Source: Methanosphaera stadtmanae DSM 3091
GTDB lineage: Archaea > Methanobacteriota > Methanobacteria > Methanobacteriales > Methanobacteriaceae
Assembly: GCF_000012545.1 (NCBI RefSeq)
Contig: NC_007681.1
Span: 1,735,404 to 1,767,403, forward strand
Length of the DNA: 32,000 nt
Reading direction: 5' to 3'
In this document: piece by piece, positions 1 through 7,777 of the stretch
Position numbering within the stretch: the stretch's first letter is position 1
Layout: every line of letters starts with the position of its first letter
Position numbers and translations under genes: made by a program
Notes under the pieces: generated by a model
The model's input: only the letters and a program-made list of their open reading frames with translations
Told to the model about the DNA's origin: nothing
Databases searched by the model: none

Positions 1-172
1 TAAGAGTATCCATTGTATCCTCAAGAATTTGATTTGTCATTCTATTATCCAATATCATTACTTGATTATTATTAATTGTATTAAATATGTAAAGTATCAT
101 AGAAATACAAATTACTATAATTATAATATACAATATTAATTCTGTTATTATTAATTGTCCTTTTGAATTCAT
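1..172 (-). CDS. Partial ORF (first 57 codons; continues beyond the window start) with a class III / archaeal type IV pilin-like signal peptide
   Basis: Not in the supplied ORF track. ATG at 172..170 on the minus strand. Hand translation: MNSKGQLIITELILYIIIIVICISMILYIFNTINNNQVMILDNRMTNQILEDTMDTL... A short basic leader ends in KG, followed by Q and about 25 hydrophobic residues. Its ATG overlaps the TGA (171..169) of the upstream ORF as ATGA. Confidence 0.5.
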   Translation of the reverse strand, partial: MNSKGQLIITELILYIIIIVICISMILYIFNTINNNQVMILDNRMTNQILEDTMDTL

Positions 173-1098
173 AACCCATACTTATTTTTATGACCATTAT
201 CCAAGTATAATATCGTATTATTATCTAATATATGTACTTGTCCCATATACTGTCCTTCTGTATCGTTTAATAAAACATGATCTATAGATACTGGTGCTTT
301 TTCTACAATTCCTGTTGGTATTACAAATGTTTCAATACCATAATCTAGACAAGATGTTTTATTTTCTAATCTACAAAATATACATAAACCATCATGACTT
401 TCATGATAATAATGATTATTAATACAATTAAGAATTGTTGTATTGTTATTTCCATGTTCTTCATAATTTGTATATGGACAAGGCTTTATAACACAACCAG
501 ATATTGCATTATCATATACTCCACTATTTTCTAATTGAGTTATTTGATTATAATAAACAATATCATTTGAAAGAGCAGTATCTGCTTTTAATATGGCAAA
601 TGGATCATATACTGGATATTCATCATCTACTAATTCAACATAAATCTTCTTACCTTGACTTATGTTACTATCTTCTCTAAATTTAGAATCAATTTTATAT
701 GATACTTCTAATTGAAATGGATTTGTCTTTGATGTTTTAATATCTGTAACATTACATGATATTATACAACCCATATTTTTTTCATAAAATACTTCTTTTT
801 CTTTTAATTTGTAATTTATATCTGTTATAAGTTCTTCGGTAGCATTCACTAATGGTTTTCTATTTATAATTACAGATAATGTTAAATTATTCATTGATTT
901 TCTTGTTAATAGAGGTATTTCCCTTTGAAAATCATTAGTTACAATGGTTAATTTATTATCCTGAATATTTTCTACTGTTTTATTAATATAGTGATTTTCT
1001 TGTTCAATTATTGTTATTAAAAGAAACATAATAGGTATTATCATGACCATAATGAGAATACCAGTTATATATCCCTTATTATCATTTAATAGTTTCAT
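169..1098 (-). CDS. Hypothetical secreted or pilin-like protein with an N-terminal class III-type signal/anchor and a Cys/His-rich distal region
   Basis: 309-aa ORF. The N-terminus MKLLNDNKG|YITGILIMVMIIPIMFLLITII is a polar leader ending in KG followed by a long hydrophobic segment. The C-terminal third is Cys/His-rich (GCVIKPCPY...LNCINNHYYHESHDGLCIFCRLENKTSC). It is translationally coupled (ATGA) to the next pilin-like ORF. Confidence 0.55.
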   Translation of the reverse strand: MKLLNDNKGYITGILIMVMIIPIMFLLITIIEQENHYINKTVENIQDNKLTIVTNDFQREIPLLTRKSMNNLTLSVIINRKPLVNATEELITDINYKLKEKEVFYEKNMGCIISCNVTDIKTSKTNPFQLEVSYKIDSKFREDSNISQGKKIYVELVDDEYPVYDPFAILKADTALSNDIVYYNQITQLENSGVYDNAISGCVIKPCPYTNYEEHGNNNTTILNCINNHYYHESHDGLCIFCRLENKTSCLDYGIETFVIPTGIVEKAPVSIDHVLLNDTEGQYMGQVHILDNNTILYLDNGHKNKYGL

Positions 1099-1227
1099 AA
1101 TTATTATAAATAATATATTAAAAATGTATTACAATATATGTTATATATAAATTGATAATTTATAAAAGTTATTATAATTTTAAACATTGTATAAAATTAA
1201 TAAAAAAATAAGTTTCTGCTGAAATAA

Positions 1228-1563
1228 TTAATCTATTATTTCAACTGAATTTACAACCACGCCAAGTTTATATTTTTCAGATGAATATTCATCTAATTGT
1301 CCCATAATATCCATAATCACGCGCATATTACCATCATCAAGAAAGGATAACAGTCTAGACTGGAAATGTTCCCAATGTTCTTCTTTATCTGTACCAATAT
1401 AAGTTCTACTTATAGTTGATATATCTTCAAACCATTTTCCAGAACTTTGATATTCAAGTGTTTCATCCACTGGAAAACCAATTGTTGTAATTCTAAGGTC
1501 TATTGATAAATTATCATCAACTGATAATATATCTCTTATTGAATAATGAACTATTCTATCCAT
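1228..1563 (-). CDS. Hypothetical small acidic cytosolic protein (111 aa), family not recognised
   Basis: Clean ATG-initiated ORF on the same strand, upstream of the pilin-like pair. It has no TM segment or signal peptide and no motif I can name. Confidence 0.45.
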   Translation of the reverse strand: MDRIVHYSIRDILSVDDNLSIDLRITTIGFPVDETLEYQSSGKWFEDISTISRTYIGTDKEEHWEHFQSRLLSFLDDGNMRVIMDIMGQLDEYSSEKYKLGVVVNSVEIID

Positions 1564-1906
1564 ACAAATTCCTTCAAAATAATTTCTATGTAAATAATAT
1601 ATTTTCTACACATATAATACTATTTATTAAAACAAAATGTAAAGAAAAATTAAATAAATATGATTATTTATCAAATAAAAGTAAGTTTTTCCCTTAGATT
1701 AACCTATAAAATAAAAAATTCTATTAAAATTTATTTTATTAAATTAATTATTATTACTTAAAAATATATTAAATTAAATACTTCTTACTTTAAATAAAAG
1801 TAATACTTTTTACTCTAAATAAGCTATAAATGTATTAAATACCTTTAATAGTATTAAACTACATAGGATTATTAAAAAATATATTTAAAAGTAATACATT
1901 TTATAG

Positions 1907-2794
1907 ATGATAAATATGACAAATAAAGATACAGGAATATTATTAGTAGGACACGGTAGTAGAATTCCATATAATAAAAATATAATAAAAAAGATAAGAG
2001 AAAAATACCAAGAAATAATGCCAGACTACAACATAGAAATAGGATTCATGGAATTAGTAGAACCAAACATACCAACAGCATTTAACAAACTTAAAGAAAC
2101 AGGAGTTAATAAGATAATAGTAAATCCCGTATTTTTAGCACATGGAATGCATACAAAAGTAGATATACCAACAATACTTGGATTAGAACCAGAAGTAGAC
2201 CTAGAAAAACTACACATGCACCAACATGAACATAATCATAGTCATCACCATCATCATAGAGAAGCAAAATCAGAACCTGTGGACTTTGATGGAGAAATAA
2301 TATATCTTGAACCATTAGGTGCAGATGATAAAATAGTGGAAATAATTTCCAATAAAATCAATTCAAAACTAGAAAAAGATTCTCAAGATACTGGAATACT
2401 ATTAATAGGACATGGAAGTAATCTTCCATATAATAATGAAGTTATTAAAACTATTGCAGAAAAATACATTGAAAATTCAGGAGATTATCCTATAGAAACA
2501 GGATTTATGCAATTAAGTAAACCTTCAATTCCAGAAGCATTTAATAAACTCAAAGAAAAAGATGTGAAAAAAGTTATTGCTCTTCCAATATTTTTAGCAC
2601 ATGGAATTCATACAAAACTAGATATACCAACAGCACTTGGACTTAATCCACAACCCATTGAAAACTATCCAGTATCTAACGTATCAACAAGTGATGTTGT
2701 TGAATTTGATGGAGAAATAATATATCTTGAACCATTAGGTGCAGATGATAAAATAGTGGAAATAATACAAAATCGTGTAAATAAATATTTATAA
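1907..2794 (+). CDS. cbiX: Sirohydrochlorin chelatase, fused tandem CbiX(S)-CbiX(S) (class II chelatase; Co or Ni specificity unresolved)
   Basis: There are two modules. Each has GHGS(R/N)xPYN, ...F(M)(E/Q)L..P(N/S)IP.AFNKLKE..V.K(I/V)I..P(V/I)FLAHG(M/I)HTK.DIPT.LGL and FDGEIIYLEPLGADDKIVEII. Module 1 carries a His-rich insert, HMHQHEHNHSHHHHH. Confidence 0.85.
   Translation: MINMTNKDTGILLVGHGSRIPYNKNIIKKIREKYQEIMPDYNIEIGFMELVEPNIPTAFNKLKETGVNKIIVNPVFLAHGMHTKVDIPTILGLEPEVDLEKLHMHQHEHNHSHHHHHREAKSEPVDFDGEIIYLEPLGADDKIVEIISNKINSKLEKDSQDTGILLIGHGSNLPYNNEVIKTIAEKYIENSGDYPIETGFMQLSKPSIPEAFNKLKEKDVKKVIALPIFLAHGIHTKLDIPTALGLNPQPIENYPVSNVSTSDVVEFDGEIIYLEPLGADDKIVEIIQNRVNKYL
2285..2346 (+). repeat. 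Copy 1 of a perfect 62-nt direct repeat inside the fused cbiX gene
   Basis: tttgatggagaaataatatatcttgaaccattaggtgcagatgataaaatagtggaaataat is identical at 2285..2346 and 2705..2766 (offset 420 nt). The surrounding module sequences are clearly diverged. Confidence 0.9.
2705..2766 (+). repeat. Copy 2 of the perfect 62-nt direct repeat inside the fused cbiX gene
   Basis: Identical to 2285..2346. It encodes FDGEIIYLEPLGADDKIVEII in both modules. Confidence 0.9.
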
Positions 2795-3003
2795 TAGAAA
2801 CTGTAATATACTTATAAAAATAATCTCCCAATTACATAATTTGTATTAATTAGTTTACATATATTAAATAATATAAAAGTAGTTAATATACTTAATAATA
2901 AATAGATGTTAATTTAATATAATAACTAAGAAATAGTTTATTAATAAAAAGAAAATTTCAAATTATTAATAAAAAAAACATAACTCAATACGGAGGATTA
3001 TAT

Positions 3004-3402
3004 ATGAGTGACATTATAAGAGGATGGCGTCATAACGATCAAAGATATAATTTAATAGGAACTAAATGTAAAACATGTGGAGAAACATTTTTTCCAAAAC
3101 AAGTAGTTTGTCCTAACTGTAGAAGCCACGGAAGCATTGAAGATCTCCAATTTAAAGGAACAGGTAAAATTTATACATACTCAATAATCCATGCTGCTAC
3201 TGATGAATTCAAAAATAATTCACCATATGCTGTAGGTATAATAGAGCTTGATGAAGGAGCTAAAATAACAGCACAAATTGTTGATTGCGACTTCGATGAA
3301 ATAGAAATTGGTGACGAAGTAGAAGTAGTATTTAGAAAAATAAGAGAAGATGGAAAAGAAGGAGTAATAACATATGGATACAAATTCAAACTCAAAGAAT
3401 GA
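3004..3402 (+). CDS. DUF35-type Zn-ribbon / OB-fold protein (family of the archaeal thiolase/HMG-CoA synthase scaffold protein)
   Basis: 132 aa. Four-Cys ribbon CKTCGETFFPKQVVCPNC, followed by a G.GKIYTYSI...YAVGIIELDEGAKITAQIV...IGDEVEVVF OB-fold pattern. Strong SD (GGAGG) 7 nt upstream of the ATG. Confidence 0.8.
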   Translation: MSDIIRGWRHNDQRYNLIGTKCKTCGETFFPKQVVCPNCRSHGSIEDLQFKGTGKIYTYSIIHAATDEFKNNSPYAVGIIELDEGAKITAQIVDCDFDEIEIGDEVEVVFRKIREDGKEGVITYGYKFKLKE

Positions 3403-3859
3403 TACTGGAATATTATTAATAGGTCATGGAAGTAGACTACCATACAACAAAGAAGTTATAAGTGCAATTGCAGAAAAATATGCACAAACAAAACCTGATT
3501 ACAACATAGAAGTAGGATTCATGGAATTAGCTGAACCAAACATACCAACAGCATTTAACAAACTTAAAGAAACAGGAGTTAACAGAATAATAGTAACACC
3601 TATCTTTTTAGCACATGGAATGCATACAAAAAGAGACATACCAACAATACTTGGATTAGAACCAGAAGTAAAAGAAGAACCTAATGGACACCATCATCAC
3701 GAACATGAACATCACCATGAACATGGGCATCATCACCACCATCACCATGGTGAAGTAGAAAAAGTTGAGTTTGATGGAGAAATAATTTACACCGAACCAA
3801 TAGGTGCAGATGATAAAATAGTTGATATTGTATCTGAAAAAGTAAATAAATACTTATAA
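3374..3859 (+). CDS. cbiX: Sirohydrochlorin chelatase, single-module CbiX(S)/CfbA-type with a long His-rich insert
   Basis: DTGILLIGHGSRLPYN...GFMELAEPNIPTAFNKLKETGVNRIIVTPIFLAHGMHTKRDIPTILGL, then NGHHHHEHEHHHEHGHHHHHHHGE, then FDGEIIYTEPIGADDKIV. The only in-frame ATG overlaps the DUF35 gene by 29 nt. Confidence 0.85.
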   Translation: MDTNSNSKNDTGILLIGHGSRLPYNKEVISAIAEKYAQTKPDYNIEVGFMELAEPNIPTAFNKLKETGVNRIIVTPIFLAHGMHTKRDIPTILGLEPEVKEEPNGHHHHEHEHHHEHGHHHHHHHGEVEKVEFDGEIIYTEPIGADDKIVDIVSEKVNKYL

Positions 3860-3882
3860 ACAATACAACAAAATAACCTCCC

Positions 3883-3889
3883 TTTTTTT
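3883..3889 (+). terminator. Oligo-T tract after cbiX (candidate archaeal terminator)
   Basis: A T7 run (cccttttttta) lies about 25 nt after the cbiX stop. Archaeal RNAP terminates at oligo-T, but T-runs are common in this AT-rich DNA. Confidence 0.3.
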
Positions 3890-3913
3890 AATACTAATTT
3901 TAAAAATTTAATT

Positions 3914-4924
3914 ATGATTAATATGAAAATATCAAAGATAGGCGAAAGAAAACTAATACAAAGACTTCTTAAGAAAAGAGATGAAACTCTAGGAAATATT
4001 GATAATACAATTCTTAAAAGTTACCATGATGATGCTGCAATAGAAGAAAATACTTCAAAATATACTGTCTTATCAACAGATATGCTTATACAACATTCTC
4101 ATTTTCCAAAACAAATGACCTATTTTCAGATGGGAGAAAAAATAGTAACAGTAAATGTTAGTGACATTCTTGCAATGAATGCAACACCAGTATCTATTCT
4201 CATAGCAATGGCACTTCCTAGCACATTAACAATAGATGAATTTGATGAAATAATTGATGGTATTTTATATAAATGTAAGGAATATGGTGTAACTCTTATT
4301 GGAGGAGATCTTAATCAGTCAGATGAAATTATTCTTAGTGCAACTACCACGGGAAAAATAAATAAAAATATTAAATTACAAAGTAATATTCAAGAAGATA
4401 ATCTGGTGGCTATAACAGGACAACTTGGAATGCCTGCTGCAGCACTAGATTTACTTAGCAAATATGAAATTAAAGATTTATCTAATGAATATGAAGAGAT
4501 TATAAAGAGTATTCTTGAACCAAATCTACCAATAAAAACTGCTAAATTTCTTAGAGAACATCCCACACTCATCACTAGTATGACAGACATAACTGACGGA
4601 CTTGCTATTGAATTAGGACATTTACATGAAAAAAATACCAACATTGGATTTGAAATATATGCAGATAAACTTCCATATAACAAGCACATTTCACAAATAG
4701 CTACTGAAAATAACAAATCATTAAATGAATACCTTCTCCATTTTGGAGAGGAATTTGAACTATTATTAACATTAGATAAAAAAGAATACTTGAAATATAA
4801 AGATAAATTAAATAATATACATATTATTGGTAAAGTAAATAACTCTGATAAAATTACATTAATAAGTCAAAAATCTGTTAAAACTATGAAAATAACAGGT
4901 TATGAACATTTAAAGGAGAATTAG
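3914..4924 (+). CDS. thiL: Thiamine-monophosphate kinase (AIR-synthase/PurM superfamily)
   Basis: IGERKLIQRL...DDAA...STDMLIQHSHFP...MGEKIVTVNVSDILAMNATP...GVTLIGGDLN...MTDITDGL matches the ThiL pattern. The start could be 3914 or 3923 (MINM...). Confidence 0.75.
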   Translation: MINMKISKIGERKLIQRLLKKRDETLGNIDNTILKSYHDDAAIEENTSKYTVLSTDMLIQHSHFPKQMTYFQMGEKIVTVNVSDILAMNATPVSILIAMALPSTLTIDEFDEIIDGILYKCKEYGVTLIGGDLNQSDEIILSATTTGKINKNIKLQSNIQEDNLVAITGQLGMPAAALDLLSKYEIKDLSNEYEEIIKSILEPNLPIKTAKFLREHPTLITSMTDITDGLAIELGHLHEKNTNIGFEIYADKLPYNKHISQIATENNKSLNEYLLHFGEEFELLLTLDKKEYLKYKDKLNNIHIIGKVNNSDKITLISQKSVKTMKITGYEHLKEN

Positions 4925-5866
4925 ATGACCTGCAATATCTGTCCAAATTATTGTAAATCTGATATAGATACAATTTGTAAACAAAACCCCCAATATGATG
5001 ATGAAAATGTAATTGATGCAGCCTCAGTTGCAATAGATCCAATAGAAAAAAAACCATTATATCATTACTTACCTGGAACTAAAACATTATCCATAGGAAC
5101 TGTTGGTTGTAACTTAAATTGTATGAATTGTCAAAATCACACAATAGCACGACCTGAAAATGCTTTAATTGTACCTACAAAATCATATACTCCAGAACAA
5201 ATAGTTCAAAAAGCAATAGATAATGATATTCCAAGTATTTCATGGACATATAATGAACCAACAATACATCCAAAATGGATAATAAATACATCTCATCTTG
5301 CAAAAGAATATGATATTAAAACAATACTTGTTACAAATGGATACACATCCCAAGAAACTTTAGATAATTTATTAGAATATGTTGATGCTGTTAATGTTGA
5401 TATTAAAAGTTTAGATGATGCATTTTATAAAAATGTTTGTTCTGGACGACTTGAACCTGTACTAAATTCTGTAAGATTCTATGTAAAAAATAATATTCAT
5501 ACAGAAATTACCAATTTATTAATACCAGGATATAATGATAATATTGTTGATATGAAAAAGATAATAAACTTCGTAGTTAAATTATCTGATAAGATACCAC
5601 TTCATTTCTCAGCATTCTATCCACAATATAAACTAAGTTCACTTGAACCTACCTCTGCAAATATCGTGTATAAAGCATGTGATCTTGGACAATATCTTGG
5701 ATTAAAATATGTTTATCCTGGAAATGTCCCTGTATCCTACAAGAACAATACGTATTGTAAAAACTGTAGACATCTACTAATTGATAGAAGCAACAGTATA
5801 AAAAGTTACATAAAGGATAAATGTGCTTGTCCTAACTGTAACCATAAAGTAGATATTATAATTTAA
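4925..5866 (+). CDS. Radical SAM enzyme, AmmeMemoRadiSam / PflA-activase-like
   Basis: DPIEKKPLYHYLPGTKTLSIGTVGCNLNCMNCQN contains the CX3CX2C motif. There is an N-terminal Cys cluster (CNICPNYC) and a C-terminal Zn-ribbon-like CKNCRH...CACPNC. The ATG directly abuts the thiL TAG, with AGGAG 8 nt upstream. Confidence 0.8.
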   Translation: MTCNICPNYCKSDIDTICKQNPQYDDENVIDAASVAIDPIEKKPLYHYLPGTKTLSIGTVGCNLNCMNCQNHTIARPENALIVPTKSYTPEQIVQKAIDNDIPSISWTYNEPTIHPKWIINTSHLAKEYDIKTILVTNGYTSQETLDNLLEYVDAVNVDIKSLDDAFYKNVCSGRLEPVLNSVRFYVKNNIHTEITNLLIPGYNDNIVDMKKIINFVVKLSDKIPLHFSAFYPQYKLSSLEPTSANIVYKACDLGQYLGLKYVYPGNVPVSYKNNTYCKNCRHLLIDRSNSIKSYIKDKCACPNCNHKVDIII

Positions 5867-5921
5867 AATCTTATTTTAAAAAAAAGAATGGGGAAAGAAC
5901 ATGTAGATTATTTTTTTTAAT

Positions 5922-7688
5922 CTAAAATGTTCCACCTCCACCTCCACCAAATCCACCACCAACATCACCAATATCTCCAAAGGAGCCTGTATCTGTGATT
6001 GATGTGTCAGGATCATGTAATAATGAATGCATAAACATATTTCCTCCATACATTGAGAAAAATACTGCATCTGATTCATAGTATTGTTCTTCTGGTAGAT
6101 TTATGTATTTAAAGTATTTTTTCATGTTTCCACTTGCTTCACTTGCACAACCAAGTGCTGTTGCATAGACAAGATATTTTCCCCATACTTGTATAGATGC
6201 TGGAGGATATTCTTTTATGAGACTATAATCCTTAATATATTTTTCAAAGTTTTTCCATTTATCATGGAATTCCTTTCCTTCAGATGTCCATTGTCCAAAT
6301 ATTGTATCAGGTAGTGCAAATACTATAGCTGATTCTATCGTTAATATAACACCTAGAACTAATGCAATATTATTATAATCACCCTTTGTAAGGCTACTGT
6401 AGATTATTATTATCAAACCACTAATTAATAGCAGTGCACATACTAGTGATGCAACCTGATTACCCCTATTATTAAATAGTTTTCGTACTTCTAAGCTATT
6501 TACTTCCTTATTTACATCTATTTTCCAAGCATCCATAAATTTACTAAATTCTACAGAATCCATACTACTTAATGAAATATGTCCTTCATCATCCTTAAAT
6601 TTTGAAAGATAATCTACAATATCTATTTCATATTGTTTAAGTAGACTCATATCCTTATCTTTTTGTTTTAATACTACATCATCCTCATTACTAGATATTA
6701 TTTTATAGTATTTCTTATCAATTAAATCAAGTAATGATGCTTGGAATCCATATTCATCTGTCTCATCAATAGCACCTTCTATAATAGTATTAACAAAGAC
6801 TGGTGAATGTTTTGTTGGTAAATCCATTTCATATTTTTCATTATACTCTATTTTTGGTTCTCTACCATACTTTATATAAATTGGTATTGGTGACAATATA
6901 CCTAGTATTGCAAAGAGAGATAAGAACTTCATTAAAATATTATGATTTTCTTGACTTTCCTGATATTCCTTTTGATCTTGTTCTATTTGGGCTTTTGCAT
7001 TCTTATGAATTACATCAGCATTTTGAGTACTTTTAAAGTACTCTTTTGGCATTAATATTCTTTGTTCTGCAAATTGACCACTGCTAAGTGGTTTGAATTG
7101 TGTTTTTAATGTATCATCAGAAGTCCATGTGGATTCTTTTACAATATATTGTGGATTGTTCCACATTTCAATATTATTATGACTTCCTGGAATTTGTATG
7201 TATGTTACTAAGTTATCTACATCACTATCCCAGTCAGAACCCCATGATTTATACTGTAATTCAGCTATATCATCGTATATTTTAACTCCTTTTATGAAGT
7301 TATAATGATATATTACTCTAACATCCTCATCAGATACTTTTTCTGTTTTAGCTTCATCTTTATATAATTGTACTTTAATTTTGACTTTATTAGAAGAATT
7401 TATAACCTCTAATGTATTATAATACCCTGGTGTTTCAACTGATATATTTTCTAATCGTTGATCACCTGATAAACCAACATCCCTATATACCCCATTTATT
7501 GTTCCACTAATAGAGTATGTTATATCTTCAGATATAATTGTTGTTCCATCATCTGTAACATTAATATGTTTTTCAACGTTAGGTAAAGTATAATCACCTT
7601 CAGCAAATGATAATGGAAGTATGAGAAGTGTAAATACTAAGAGAATTATTGTAAACTTCTTTAGATTTCCATGACTCTTTTTAATCAT
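5922..7688 (-). CDS. DUF2207-family membrane protein (paralog B) with a Gly-rich C-terminal tail
   Basis: 588 aa. It has a signal/anchor (FTIILLVFTLLILPLSFA), a large N-terminal extracytoplasmic domain, a TM segment, a soluble middle domain and 2-3 further TM segments. It ends in GDIGDVGGGFGGGGGGTF, which is typical of DUF2207. Confidence 0.75.
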   Translation of the reverse strand: MIKKSHGNLKKFTIILLVFTLLILPLSFAEGDYTLPNVEKHINVTDDGTTIISEDITYSISGTINGVYRDVGLSGDQRLENISVETPGYYNTLEVINSSNKVKIKVQLYKDEAKTEKVSDEDVRVIYHYNFIKGVKIYDDIAELQYKSWGSDWDSDVDNLVTYIQIPGSHNNIEMWNNPQYIVKESTWTSDDTLKTQFKPLSSGQFAEQRILMPKEYFKSTQNADVIHKNAKAQIEQDQKEYQESQENHNILMKFLSLFAILGILSPIPIYIKYGREPKIEYNEKYEMDLPTKHSPVFVNTIIEGAIDETDEYGFQASLLDLIDKKYYKIISSNEDDVVLKQKDKDMSLLKQYEIDIVDYLSKFKDDEGHISLSSMDSVEFSKFMDAWKIDVNKEVNSLEVRKLFNNRGNQVASLVCALLLISGLIIIIYSSLTKGDYNNIALVLGVILTIESAIVFALPDTIFGQWTSEGKEFHDKWKNFEKYIKDYSLIKEYPPASIQVWGKYLVYATALGCASEASGNMKKYFKYINLPEEQYYESDAVFFSMYGGNMFMHSLLHDPDTSITDTGSFGDIGDVGGGFGGGGGGTF

Positions 7689-7777
7689 GATAATACCCCA
7701 TATTAAATAATTAATCTTATTTTTATAACATGTTAGTAATATCTATTTCTAAAAAAAATAAAGGAGATGAATTCTAA

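Noticed and set aside
1503-1697. 64-aa plus-strand ORF overlapping the 5' end of the 111-aa minus-strand gene and running into intergenic DNA.
   Set aside because: Its composition is low-complexity Ile/Leu/Asn/Phe. It has no SD and overlaps the start of a better-supported gene. This is typical of a random ORF in AT-rich DNA.
1785-1803. Inverted repeat TTACTTT-aaata-AAAGTAA and a duplicated 11-mer AAAAGTAATAC (1796..1806 and 1887..1897) upstream of the fused cbiX.
   Set aside because: The repeats are short, almost pure A/T, and sit in a 343-nt AT-rich spacer. I cannot distinguish them from background by eye, so they are not reported as a regulatory feature.
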